Assembly: GCA_040954595.2 (NCBI GenBank)
Contig: CM082593.2
Coordinates: 464,659-528,658 of the forward strand
DNA: 64,000 nt
Origin: Balanoglossus misakiensis
Taxonomy: Eukaryota; Animalia; Hemichordata
Reading direction: 5' to 3'
Below are positions 27,601 to 40,788 of this stretch, piece by piece; position 1 is the stretch's first letter; every line of letters starts with the position of its first letter. The position numbers and the translations under genes are program-made. Under the pieces are notes generated by a model. The model made no database searches. It was not told the DNA's origin and saw only the letters and a program-made list of their open reading frames with translations.

Positions 27601-30600
27601 CACAGCACAGTATTACGCCCAAGACAACCCCCCCCCCCCTACAATAGGCCCTCCCCTACAAAAGATAGTTGAATCCGTCGCCCTTTTTAACTCGCATTAC
27701 TGCATTTGCCAAGTCCATTTCGAGGTGGCGTTTCTTCGCTGCAAGACAAAGCAAACTCAGCCATACCAGAGATATTTCTCCCAAGAGTTATGTATTTGAA
27801 CTGTAGGGGACCATGATGCAGTTTGACAGATGACTTTCCACTTGACCTTCTAAGCTTTCTAGAATCACACGCGTGAGAAAATATACCGATTGCATATTTT
27901 GCTAATAAAATATCGAAAACAACAGCTTTACAAGCAAAATTGTTCCAAAAGTACATCTGAAAACAAATATTACGTAGTATGATATTGCTAATTGAAAATC
28001 CCCATGTGCATATTTGGAATTTTCCATTTGCTTTCGGAATCCTGTTCATGGTGGGTTCTTTTTCACTGGTGTTTATTAGAAGTTACCCACTTTGCCCGCG
28101 ATGCGTACCCAGGGAAGTCCGCGATTCCACTTTTTTCCCATCTTTTCTAGCCAAGCCAATATTTGAGGGACTCTCCCTCAAAACATCGTAGATCAGTTAT
28201 AAGGAGACTGAAGTTGGCCGACCTATTGGCCAAGCCGTGTGGATCGGACATCGATGAGACGATATCATACTCGTTTGTTGCGCATTGCCTGCGGCGAAAA
28301 TAACGTGTAAACCTCGTGCGAGTTTACGTAAGACTGTAGGGAATCGCTAACATTTAGATTACAAAACACATGTGACATTATACTCCTTGACTGATCTACA
28401 CGTGTTCCACGCCGTGTTCTCGTCTCTCAATGCCAGGAAGAACACGTCAACCCTCAGCGCCTTCTAGACATGGATGCCCATGTGAGAGACGACAAACTCT
28501 TGCTGTTAATGTGCATTTTTATAGAGTGGTTAGAAAGGAGCAAAACATTAAGCTTCGGTTCTGAATATTGTTTATAACAGCCTAATTCCATTCACTCAAA
28601 GGAACACCCAACGTGACACAGACTTCAGTCGCCGGGACTTCTGCTGAAGTCAAAGGCGCAGTCTCAAACAAGAAAGCACATTTTGTCCTCTGCCTCAATT
28701 TTCTCGTTTTTTAACGTTAACTCCCAAGGTCAAAACGTCAACTTGAGTCCATTTTGACTTGGGTCCTAAAGAAGACAGCCCCTTTTAAGAACTCCTGGCA
28801 TTGCTCGTTAAACTGAGTGTTGGCGTAAGGGTGTCTGCTTGAGACTGCACTTTCAAAGACAGATATTGTCGGGGAGCGGGCACTTACGCTAATTAGGGGA
28901 CATTTTGGGATTTCCGTTTGTGTCCTTGCTGAATGCTGCACAACTCAGGTGTCGTTTCAACGAAGCATGACGAAATCACGCTTAATGACAGACTTGAGAG
29001 TGGCTGAATCGACTTTAATTACTACCCCCAAAGGCGTATACTTTCCCCGCTGTAATTTACTTGAAAACACTGTTTCCCCATAATTGCTTTTGATGCTGAG
29101 GGTTTTCCAAAGGAACCGGAGACTATTTTACGCAAAAGGTTGTGAGGGGGGCTTAATCACTCTGTTTGGTTAATACCAACTATTTCATTGTATTGTCGTG
29201 TTTTAAAAGGATTGTCGACAATGGTACAATATGCACCTCGTTTCAGTTTGATGGGCTTAAACTAAGTACGGAAAAATCGGCTTTTACAAAGTCTATAAAT
29301 CAATCTTCCTAAAATCTACTTCTCTTTTGTACCATCGGTACTTGTTGTTCTCTTTTCCAGGTTTTACGAATATGCGCCGTTTTTTGTTGTGCTCCGTGTC
29401 TGTGAATCGCCAGAAGATCCAAACATCATTGTCAGAGATTGCAATAAGCTTGTATCGTCAGAATCGCCAGAAATGGTTTTCGGGCTTCTAAAGCATCATA
29501 CGCTGTTCAAAGTTTCCCTATAAATATTTTCACATCTTACAACAGTACTATAATTGTCTCAGAGAGAAATTAATTTCCCAATTACATTCATTCTGGTATT
29601 CAAAGCCATGCGTAACACGGTAGCCATAGCTAAAGTGCGTCCATAAGAGATCGAAATAACATCCAAAGACGATTACTCAAAATGTGATAGACGCGTACCA
29701 TACTCTGAAAGATCAATGTTATCGATATTTCCATTACGAGTTCTACGTGTTTTGCCTGTCCTTGAACATATATAATGGACATGAATTATTAAACAAAGTG
29801 CTGTGATAGAAACATCTGCCACAACTAGAGGCGTATCCTGTCTACAAAGAATATTGTCGTCAAGTTCTTTTCAACTTGCGATATTACTTGAAATTAAGTT
29901 CTGTTTGTTGTCGTTACAATTAAAAGCAAGTCAGTTTGAAATTTCCTCTGTTTCCGGGTAGCTCCCGCCAGCAATCTGATGAACTATTCTTTTATTTGTT
30001 CAATTCTTTTTGTGTGACTTCTTACCATACAGTTTGTTGTTTGCAAACTTTTCGCTTCATATAATTCCTGGCAACAGTGGTCTGCCTTGGGCAGAAATAT
30101 AATCGCGTCATCGATAGGCTAATTGGTCGCCATTTCAATGAGTTTAGGGTTTGATTAGCCAATCAATTGTGGTGTACCACGAGGAGCTTCTGTTGGATTA
30201 GGCACTTAACAGGTGTTCAAATCTGTCAAATTGATCATGTGATATGCAGCTTTCTGCAAAAGATATGTGGACCACCAAAGATAGTTTTGGCGATATGCCA
30301 ATTGCCGTGCATATTTTTTCTGCCATGTCTATCACAGGCACTTTACGCACAGTCACAAAAAATGACAGAAGCGAGGGTCTGTTTTAACTCGGGTGGTTTC
30401 ATTGGTTGATTGATAGCTCCATTTGGTTCTCGAGTGACGAAGGTCCCGGCATCCTAAATTTGACCCATTTTATTTTCAATTTTTTTCTCGGTTCATGAAG
30501 TTCCTCAAACGTGCTCATGTCACTAAATACCTCCCTACAGTGACTGGGGAAATTGCAGGAACGAGCATGAAACCATGGTGACACGCTTGTTACCGAGAGA

Positions 30601-33305
30601 GTGTTTACTCTTCATGACAGATTGATTTGTAAACTCTTTCCTCCTGCCTCACTGTTGACGGCACGATCAAGGGACGATCGGGGTAGTTGGCCCAAGCAGT
30701 ACATCATTTGCAGTGCATTCAATCAAGGCATGTCCACTTTGATAGTTGTTTTCAAAGGGCTTTCTATAAATATTATAGTTCAATCCTTTCGCCTGGCGAG
30801 CAGCTGGGCACGCTGATCTCAGAAAATCGCCTGTGATGTTTACAAGAAATTCGGCGGACTAGTGTCAGTTGTCAAATGTATACCCTTTGAATTTCTCTGA
30901 CTTCACCAAAAAGAAATTAACGGTCATCAAATAAAACATGGCGACAGAATGTCTTATAAAACGCGATGCAATGAATATAATTCAAACTCCAAGACGTTTG
31001 CCTTAGCGTCAATCACACAAGCTGAAGAAGCGGTCAACAAACTTGGAAGCAAAGAAGGCCAAAAGCTCGTCATCAGGTTTTCAGATCCCGGTGTACAATT
31101 TCCAGTACGTCAAGGATCGAGTCGTCGTCCATTGTTAGCGCTTTCTTTTTCTTTCCTATTGTTATGCCATTTTGTTGTTGTACAGTGTTTGTTTTATTTA
31201 TTTACACGTCCTCTTTCTTCCGACCAGGTTGTTCTGGTTCAAGACACGTGATCGATCGGGTATTCACGAAAATTCAAAACCGGCTGGTCTCCTCCAGCGT
31301 ACGGGCACATGGTGGGAGGCGATTCACTGGTCGAATTAAGCGCACAATGCGTCTCTCCGTTAGTCATATTCTCATTTTCGGTAACACCCTCTTGACGTTA
31401 GTCGCTTGGTAGTCATGGTTACTGCAGTGGCAAAAATTGGTGGAGTGCTCAGGCTCCATAGACCAAAATAAGGGCGTCAATGGGAATGAGAAACTACTAC
31501 ATGTAGCTCTGCTTGTTGTCGGGACCTGTGTCTTGCACCATGTAGGCCTATAGGCAGGGGATTGGCGAATCAATCAGTGCAGTCACGGTGTCACGCAGGC
31601 CGTTGCACCAGCATCCAAAATCGCCATGGTAACAATGTTATTAAAATAACTTTCAGTTTTGTAAGTAGTACATGTATAAAGGCTGGCGTCAAATCGCCCG
31701 AAATCTCATTTTAAATTCGCCCCAAGTCATTGTCAACGTCATATGTGTTTCGAACATACAATTGGGGCATGCTGTGCTATGTCGTCCGACAAACTAGCGC
31801 CACAAGACAGAAGTGTTTGTCGCGAAATTTGACCTCTCTCCGGCAGTCAACACTCGCACGGCTCCGTCAGTTCTCGTTATATGTGACAAACTCGACACAT
31901 GGGCTTGTAACTAGAGACGAGGGTCATGTGTAAAGGGTAAAACAAGGCTTGGAAATGTCTCCCTGGTTTTACAGGTTCAGATTCGACATGCGCGTATATC
32001 ATGTCACTTTCTAAATTGTAAACAAGTAATATATTTTTGTGTTGTTTGACAAAATAGTCAAAATGAACTTCAGCCATTTTTCAGAACTCGTAGAGCAAAC
32101 AGAGACATATTCACGTATTAAAAGGTTGACTTTCCGAATGTGAAGCCGACTTAAGAAAGTTGAAACCAACGGCGTTTGTTCGATTTCAAAAGAGGTGTTC
32201 GTTTCCTAAAACATCGTCACACGCAGTACAATCTACACAGCAACAGAAAGAAATGTACATTCACACGCGCCAAAAACTAGACACACTCCAGCAACACTGA
32301 AAGAAATGGTTGTGAGTTCTCAATACTGACGTGATCATTTTACGCAAACAGTTAGGTTTAAATCAGTAACTCTATCTCCCCAATGTAATTACAATTTCGC
32401 GGAGGGAACCTGAAAGGATTGGGTCAGAACTGATAAGAATGGGACAGTGAATATCATCTTGGGCCAATAAGACAAATTACTTTTGGCTGTTTACTGTTCC
32501 CAAAGTCGATAACGATTCGAAGACTCTAGACGGCTTGTAAGAAAAGCTGATTCAAGAAAATTAAACACCGTTCAAATTAATCCGTAGTGCGGAACAAACA
32601 TGAATAAAAAATGGTCCGTTCCCTGTTTCTCCGAGTCTACTTTGCGAATAACCGTGACGGTGGTGGAAAGTCTCCACTGCCAACAATCTTGCTGCATAGC
32701 CTCCTCCCTTTATGCGTAAAAAAATAATTTGCACTAATATTTTAATACCCTCTACGAAACGAATATCGCGAGGGGGAAATTACATGTACTTTGTAAACGC
32801 AGTCTTTTGGTTTGTAGATGTATTGAGGCTCTTAATCCAATATTGGCATTAGTGGTTAACTGTCAATATACTTGCAAAAGAGAAATTTGTCCAGCGATGT
32901 TTGATATTTGTTTAGGTTAGCTAATTCCCAGTAATGGATAGCCGAAGTTGTATGCGTTTGTGATTTGATCGTTTGCTAGTTAGTAATAGTTCCGACTGAT
33001 TAGGGAACTGTTAAAAAATGTTCAACAATACCTAGTTGTGGCCGGAGAGTTCGTATTGTGTTCCATTTTCTTCCCTGGTTCCATTCACTGGCTTTTGACA
33101 AGTGCTGTAAAAGATGAACCATGTGTCTCGGTGGTTCCACGCTGTTCCCCTGCTGTGGCTCGAACTCTGGCAGGTTAAATAATGTCTTCAGGGTCTGTTG
33201 AAGAGCCAAAACTTTCTCGTTTTCCGAGTCCGGATTGGCGTTTCTTTGACCAGTGGTCAAGCGGAGAAACAGCCAGACCACAAGCAGGGTCAATTCTGCC
33301 TTCAT
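24410..33305 (-). CDS. BMP3: BMP3/GDF10-family TGF-beta ligand precursor, 456 aa; join complement(33032..33305, 24920..25824, 24410..24601)
   Basis: Signal peptide ([19 protein letters not shown]), TGF-beta prodomain ([32 protein letters not shown]), furin site RQRR, and 7-Cys mature domain [40 protein letters not shown]|[15 protein letters not shown]...[44 protein letters not shown] and [10 protein letters not shown] are BMP3/GDF10 signatures. GT-AG introns with matching phases (1, 0); 274+905+192=1371 nt. Confidence 0.93.
24920..25824 (-). CDS. BMP3: BMP3-like exon 2 (prodomain, furin site, basic region, first half of cystine knot)
   Basis: Acceptor ctgtag|GTCCC and donor AAG|gtatgt, within the 320-aa ORF 24881-25843. 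Confidence 0.95.
33032..33305 (-). CDS. BMP3: BMP3-like exon 1 (signal peptide and start of prodomain)
   Basis: ATG at 33305, hydrophobic leader, donor CTAG|gtattg, phase 1 matching exon 2. Confidence 0.85.
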
Positions 33306-34785
33306 ATTCACGTGTCAAATCCAACACCGTCTTTTTGTGTCTTGTTAATGCAAGAAGACGATGGCCGCCTTGTTGATGTCGAAAAAACTCTCGTTGACAA
33401 AATCACCCCTTTTAAGATTAGCATGCAATTACAACGAAATCCTGCGTTGTAATTTCGGCTTTTCTTCAAACAATTGCCGGGTAATTTCACCAGTAATTAC
33501 CCTTTCTTCCTTTCGATAGTACTTCCAAAACCACAGTGCATAATCCAAAGACCTTGGCAGATGCCTTCCCAAACCGGGCAAATCTCGGCTTGAGCACGCT
33601 GAGTTAGGATCACCCAAGTTAAAGTTTACAACCGAATAAAAATATCTTGCAGAGCTCGCTGATAGACGTAGCGGTAATTCTCTATCCCGGGTAAAGAATA
33701 ACAGTTCCACGCCAGATGAACAGATATGACTCCGCCTTGAACACTTAAAGATCTTGGGCACTTAACGGTGGGACAAACCATTCGAAAAGCAGGTGGGTGC
33801 GACGTTAACTCCCGTGAGGGGAACTTTCAGCTACTCTGGCGTCCATTGTTGTATCCAGTATTCATAATTCCGCTCAGTGAAGCACAAGATACAGTTTTTC
33901 CTGTGCAAAAATGCAAATGTGCAAAAACGCTCTTTCCCCAGTGGACCCAATCGTTACCAAAACTTGTAGCTTAGGCCCAGTACACTCGCGACGACCTGCG
34001 TGCAAACCCACGTCTATCTCGCTTCGACCGAATTACGTCCGAATAAGCCTATTATTCTTATTTTATATCAAGAGCACGATGTCAACTATTATTGCCACCT
34101 ATCTGTGACATTTTACAATTTAGTAATAGAAATATTGATAGAATACCCGCCCTTCCTATTTGAGGACGGAATCTTGTCCTGGTGCCAAGGATACTGTCTC
34201 CTGAATTTGATCCAGTCGAATAATATAGCTGTGTGTGTCAAGATGCGCTTTGCTCAACATTCGACTTGATCAGAACACGGAGAGAAAGGCGCCAAATTTC
34301 CTCATTGGAGCCATCGCTTTTAGTCATCTAATTCAGTAGCACTTCTGGGATGTCATCTGTGGTCGCCATGTCGATTAAACTCTGATTACAGGGAGCATCA
34401 ATAATTTTCACCCAAGGTCAAATAAAATTGAATTTGGTTGTTGAACTGATGATACAAAGAGATCATGAGAATTATCCGTGATCTAAAATAAAACTGCGCT
34501 TTTAGTGACACGAACATCTGGTAAGGAAGGTGAAGGAACAATTGATTTTACACGATTGACGCATTACGTAACAAAAACAATAATTTCAGCTGAAAGGGCC
34601 CAGAGGCACTTTCAGCTAATCGTAATTCAAGATATGTGCCATGTATACGGGGTCTCTACAATCTGAGTATTGGCAGGCAAGGTCATTTTATCGTCGCTTG
34701 ATGTCTGTGTTGTACTCAATGAGTGTCCGCGTGACAACGGTACTGTGAAGTTCGCACCAAGTTGTTGGTTTTGCTTGATTCAGCT

Positions 34786-34819
34786 ATGATGATGATGATG
34801 ATCATTCATTCATTCATTC
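34786..34819. repeat. Compound (ATG)n(TCAT)n microsatellite
   Basis: atgatgatgatgatgatcattcattcattcattc. Confidence 0.75.
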
Positions 34820-37800
34820 TACCCGAAATACGACCCCGAAAACCGTATGGTCCAACCTCGCTATTCAGGTACAACTACTAGTCAGCCCAGACCATACACA
34901 CAAATGCATATGACATGATGCGGTGGTATGCCCACTTTAAAAGCCCCACGTTGACATGACTCTCGGTTTACACTGTCGTCTTGTCTTACAGCAAAAATGC
35001 TACAGTAACATAGACAAATGTTCTACTCGAGTGCAGCATGACTGTGCGTTCGTTGTTTCGGGTTAAATGCCATTGTATACTTGATCTCAACCACGGCAGA
35101 CACACACATGCGCAGCTGTTCAGTGACGTTCACGTTTTGTTAATTCCTCTTCCTTTGAAATTAACCTTTCGCTTTGTTATGTCCATGGCATAGCTTACCA
35201 TGTATTTCTTGAGAAGACATACTTTGCATCGTACCCCAGGGTCTATGTTTTTATGAACCACGCTGATTTTTGCTAAGCAAGTCATTATTACATATCATAT
35301 TGTAAAGTTGTAAACTGCTGAAGGGAGGGGAAGGTTATTAATGAAGTCGTCTTTAGCAATATCGTCGTTTGGTCACCATGATTCGCTTAATCCATCAATC
35401 ATCGATTCTCTCGACATTTTGACGTCCAGTACGTGTAGATTTCAGGGGGACACATTTCGATGATTGCCCAGGGTAGACGGGAAACAAACACCGCATGTCC
35501 ATTTAGTTAAGTGCTTTGAGGACATTGAAGAAGATAAGTCACTCTACCAATGCGTTCAGATTCCAGGTTACCTCAGATTTCGACGATGATAAAACGCCCG
35601 TGATTTAATTTGTAGAAAATGAGAAATTGTTTATCGGATGTCGTGCATATGGCAACCGATGCTGATAAAGTTTAAGGCACTGCGTTCATCAACAATGAAG
35701 GGTGACTCACTTTCTGTACACTGGTGCATACAATGATATCTGCGTGTGCAAATTGATAAAACATCGCGGTAAAGAAGCCATATGAAGCCCACGCCAATTC
35801 GGCGCCAAAGGACAGCACATGAACGAGTAAAAGAAATATTTTATCGTATATATTATGTATTCGGTCACGTCCCGTTCTATATTCCATGCATGATGAAAAC
35901 TGGCGTGACTAAGTGTTATGATAAACCTGGGGTGGCGCACTTTGTCAAGCACAATGGCATAGTTGGATCGATAATAAATTGTAAGCGATAATTATGTGAT
36001 CGGTAGGTGTTAATTATCAACTGAAAACTCACATTTGCTCGGTAGGCTCGTATTGGTACAAAATAACCATAGCTTTTCTTTGCTAGTTCCGCCTGATTTT
36101 CTTTCGCGAACAACTTGAACATCGTGGGAATGTGCAAATGGTGGTGAGGACATCGCGAAGTCAGCCCACACAACACACCATGGGAAATGAATCAGTCGAA
36201 ATGTTGTGAAAACGCTTTTATCGCTGTGTACTTCGTGTTCTTCATCTCATGTGGACACTGGATATTAGAATTGACATGTTTCCGTTGCTTGATCGTCATC
36301 CGCGTCTCAGAGCGGACGAATCATGGGAATTCCGATCACTGTCAAACGCACAAGGGAAAATTCTCTCAAGCACCTGTGGAAATAAGTAAATAATGTGTTT
36401 TCCTCCTTACACCCCCCCCCCCTCCTCCCCCGGCAGCCTGTCCACAGTTCGCACCACGAGAGAAAAGTCCATGGCCTCAGATAACACCTATTTTACGGAC
36501 ACTAAACGATGGCATTTGATTATTTACCAAAGTAATTGTTTTGTGCGAAGTTACTTTTCTCTATTTATTTGTTGTTGCGTGGATGAAAGCAGGTAAACAA
36601 ACAAATAGAAAGGAAATTGGATTTCGAGGAAAGATTTTTACGTGAAGTTGGACTTTTTTTACTAAGGAAAGTTAAAAGAATGGACATTTGGATGAAGTTT
36701 GGGAAGAGAATTTTTTACCCATGCGAAATTTGTCTCCTAACAAGTGGCACTCAGGAAAACTATTAACACATGTGGCTTTTGCATTGACCCGAGCTCACAG
36801 TTTACATTTGCACTTAAAGGACCACACGGCTGTTATTTACAGTAAAAATAGCCGCATAATTATTTCACGTACCACAGCAGTGTCGTATCCGTAACTGTCG
36901 CAAAACCCAGGGGCCAAAAATATTTGCCATCACTATGTAGATAAGATGTTTCCACAAGAATTATTTCTATGTTCGAGGTTTCTTTTCATGTCTGTCAACT
37001 GCTGGAATTACGCGCACTCTTTGTGTGGCTTATAATATTGACCTGCAGAACAGTCCATAAAACGTTTCTCAAATGAAACTAAGATGAATGTCTCTCCTTC
37101 TCTCCTCTACCTCTCTCTCTCCCTCCCTCCCTCCCTTTCCAACCTCCCACCCCCCCCCCCCTCACACCGATCTAAACATGCTCTGCTGGATACCAGTGAT
37201 ATATACACTAAAATCTTGCCGGGCGCTGAGGTGAAACGCCTTTCCACAGAAATAACGCCTGGTTGGATTCAGCGGTAATGTAAAACAGGAAACCGTAAAT
37301 TAGAAGAAAGGTCAACCTTTTACGAGCGTTAAATTTCGCTTCAAAGTCATCCAGTTCATGTTCACGGCAGACACAGGGACCACTTGTGACAGTGCATTAA
37401 CCAGTTTTAATGTGTTTACTAGTGTCGATAAAAATTCCCTTCAGCTGCAAAATGCATTGGCAGTGCCATTAACCATGCATGTGTTCAGTCACTTGGAGCC
37501 AATGCACCGAGGAACAACTGTGCAGAAAATAGTCTGTAGACTGTCAGTGCAAACTATTGGGCCTGGGGTAGTACTAACGAGCTTTGCTTTCTAGACCCGT
37601 AAATTTATTTGGTACAATCGTTGACATCTATCATCAAATTGTGTACATGCAATGTGGCTGAATATTTGTCATTGAGGGTTACTTTCCAAAGCCGACATAT
37701 CCTTTTTCGATTACCGTCTTTCAATCTGTATGAACTCCTTAATAGCGAATATATTTCAATTGTACATGTGTTCCCGTCAGAATTTATGGAATTCTATGCC

Positions 37801-39271
37801 AGATGGATAGTGTGTGCAGTGAATAAAATGTTTCCGCCGATTACGATAGACTGTTGATAACAGTGTTTAAAATTCCCGAGTCAAACACTTCACCGCCAAG
37901 ATGATGATAGGCCAACGCTTTCGTTTCAAAGGACTTTCTATAAGATTGATTTTAGACAATAGAAAGTCGAGTACATCCAAACACGTATCTCTTTCAAAGT
38001 AGAAACATAAATTATGTAAATATGTCGATATTTCTGAAAATATGTGCGTCTTTTATAGCGGTAAGGAACTGTCACGTGACATGTGATTATAGGAGGTCGT
38101 CGGTCATGTAAATGTTCAGCACCAAAGGTTCTTCATTGGAATCAAAGTTACGTACGAGTCCATGAATTTGTTTCAGTGCGGCTTTGCAATTGTACGAGTC
38201 ATTGTTGGATAAAGGTTAAAGCCATAAGACTTATAAATTTAGCCGCGTGCTTGGTTCATGCCATGCACCTGACAAACATTTCTACAAATCAACCGACGCA
38301 TAAAAATCTGTGAGAATATAAAACACGAAACCAGTTTACACGTTTTGGTAATATAATGGAGTTGGTGTCAGAAAAAATGCGGTGAATCTTACACTCGAAC
38401 TTTGTGTTGCTTTGCAAAATACAACATCGGTGTGGAGATAACCTTTAGTCTAGTAGCAACTGTTCTACTTTTAAAACATTTTCGTTTCACATGCGATGTT
38501 TCGTCTCGTGCCAAATTATGTTTTTAACGTATCCGGGACTGGCGCTGCCGCTATTTTAAGTGCAGGACAGCATTTCTTCCAACCATATTCAGTAAGAATG
38601 TTCATATGCGACTGTTATGATTTATAGGTCTATAAAAAAAATTAAAGCGAAATTAGCATAAACGGCAAAAAAACACTCGCATCTCGAAATCGACAACATG
38701 TGTTGATGACAGTTTCATTTTATGTTCCAAACTCAGGCTACAGGGCAAGGTACGTCCAACTTGACATTTACAGCTTTTCTAACTAGGGCAGTTGTATCGT
38801 GTTGTTATTTTAAGTGAGTAGGCTAGCTGTTCATGACAGTGACAGAGTTTCTAACTGAGGCAATTAGACTCTCTTGTTATTGTTGTGAGTGGAATACATG
38901 TGTTGGCTCAAAGGGCGATCTGGGTAAAGCAAGCGTGGGAAATATTTGTGGTGTAAACATATTTTGCAAACATCACCAAAGAAACAATTTTCTGAAATAC
39001 GTGAAAGATTCTCCAAGTGGTAAGATTTTCGTCACGAATTTTTATTTCATACAAAACAGCTGCGTCCATAATGGTAAAAACAAAATAAGCGCCCTCTTAC
39101 CAAAAGAGGGCGCTTTTCAGGATGCGTGGCACAATACATATAGAATATATTTTCGTAACTGGGAAACATATTTTTTAGTTTAATGTGTCATTTCTTTCAC
39201 TAATATTTACATGTTATTGTACATCAAAAAGAGCTGTACTGTAATATCTACCTGTACATATAAATCATAAC

Positions 39272-39277
39272 TTTATT
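39272..39277 (-). promoter_or_regulatory. Probable polyadenylation signal of CFAP299
   Basis: AATAAA on the minus strand ~155 nt downstream of the stop codon. Confidence 0.5.
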
Positions 39278-39432
39278 ACAATTATAGTGGGTTGCTGGTA
39301 TGCGTTCAGATACTTTTTCTGGTACAGAGAAAATATAAAGCAGAGAAGAAGGTACAATTGTTTTGAAAACATATATATGTACTGGGACTGAATGGCCCAG
39401 GAGAAGAAATAATAATTAAACAGATCAGGATG

Positions 39433-40788
39433 TCATGTCTTTCTTCGGGTTATGTGATCATAGATGACCACCTGGGTATACTGTTGACACTCTAGAACGG
39501 TCCTGGTTGAGTTGTCACCAGGTGTGGTTGCCTTAAATGTTAAAAACAAAAGAAGGAACATGAATGACTTCAGTTTAACAGGAAGAATGTTTTGTATGGG
39601 TACAGTACAAGAAGATCTTTTCATTCTCTCCTAAACCTTCCAAACACACTCACTGCAGATAATTCCTTACCTTTGGATCCACATTCAATATCTTCCGATC
39701 TCTTTTATTTTTAAATAATAAACCAGATGCATTTTCTGCAATCACTTGGTAATTTGGTGTTGGGTTTGATGTTGATGACTGTGTCTCCCAGTTGTAGAAA
39801 CTGCGATAGAAAGTGACAAATATCAGATGTACAGGAATTAGTGTACAGTGGTCTATATTACATACAGAACAAAAATATCTCCAAGGAAAAGTCAATAACG
39901 CACTAAACATACCTTAAATCAGAAGGCCTGGGAAGCAGTCTTTTTCTACCAGAGAAGTACGGTTCAAAATCCTCTGTCTTCAGTCTGTGTGCATAGTCTA
40001 TATACCCAGAGATTTCCTGACCCCTGGAGTTTTTGTCTCGGATAAATATAATAGTTGTCATTTTGCCACTTCTGTTGGCTTCCTCTCTTTGCGCTAATGC
40101 TTTTAAGAAGACATTCTTGAGATCTTTACCAGAGCTGGCTAGTGTTCTGAAATTGAAATCACAAGGTATTGGTACATTGTTACATCAGCAAGCTGATTGG
40201 TACATTTACTTTCGCATTCATGGTGATTTACACTTGACTTACTTTTGTTGACTTCTCTTGGAGAGTCGACTTGCCTCTGCCGCTGCCTTTCGTGCTTCAA
40301 ACTCTTCTCTTTTCAAAACTTCACCACTGCCTCGATAACCAAGCTCCACAAGTTGCCTCGCAAGCTCTTCATCCTGCAATAGACATTGAAGATAGCTCAA
40401 TTTACTTGGGGTGACAGTCCGTGATTTATCGGGCCCACAGTTACGTCAGTCTACCTGCATTACTTAGCTCACGATTCCCCCGCGACACCACACAAATCTT
40501 TGATCTACAAGACTGTGGTGGCTCGGGCCGGTCAGTCCAATCTTTAATCGTGAGACTGAGAAATTAACAACACATTCATTGTATGTTACGTGTGTCCTGA
40601 TATATCCACTTACAAAGAAAGTGCTGCGGTGATGATCGACGATGGGAAATGTAGTTCCCTTTAACTTTATCACCTACCTCAAGGTAGTATAAATCTAACG
40701 ACGTTATCTGTGAGTCCAGAAAGTCTTCATATGTGTTAAATTCGGTGACGATATTGTCACTACCAGCGGTGGCTTCCTCGTCCGCCAT
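39433..40788 (-). CDS. CFAP299: Cilia- and flagella-associated protein 299 (C4orf22 homolog), 234 aa; join complement(40678..40788, 40243..40373, 39913..40146, 39671..39800, 39433..39531)
   Basis: Spliced translation [66 protein letters not shown]...[65 protein letters not shown]...[25 protein letters not shown]...YDHITRRKT matches CFAP299 as I recall it. All introns GT-AG with consistent phases; 705 nt. Confidence 0.95.

Noticed and set aside
27197-27799. 200-aa plus-strand ORF in BMP3 intron 1
   Set aside because: No recognisable domain, random-looking composition, runs through a poly-C tract.
24410-33305. Assignment of the ligand to ADMP or BMP2/4 (and of the neighbouring ORF to Pinhead)
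   Set aside because: Mature-domain signatures and CFAP299 linkage fit BMP3/GDF10; the small ORF lacks a signal peptide and the Cys-rich repeats expected of Pinhead.
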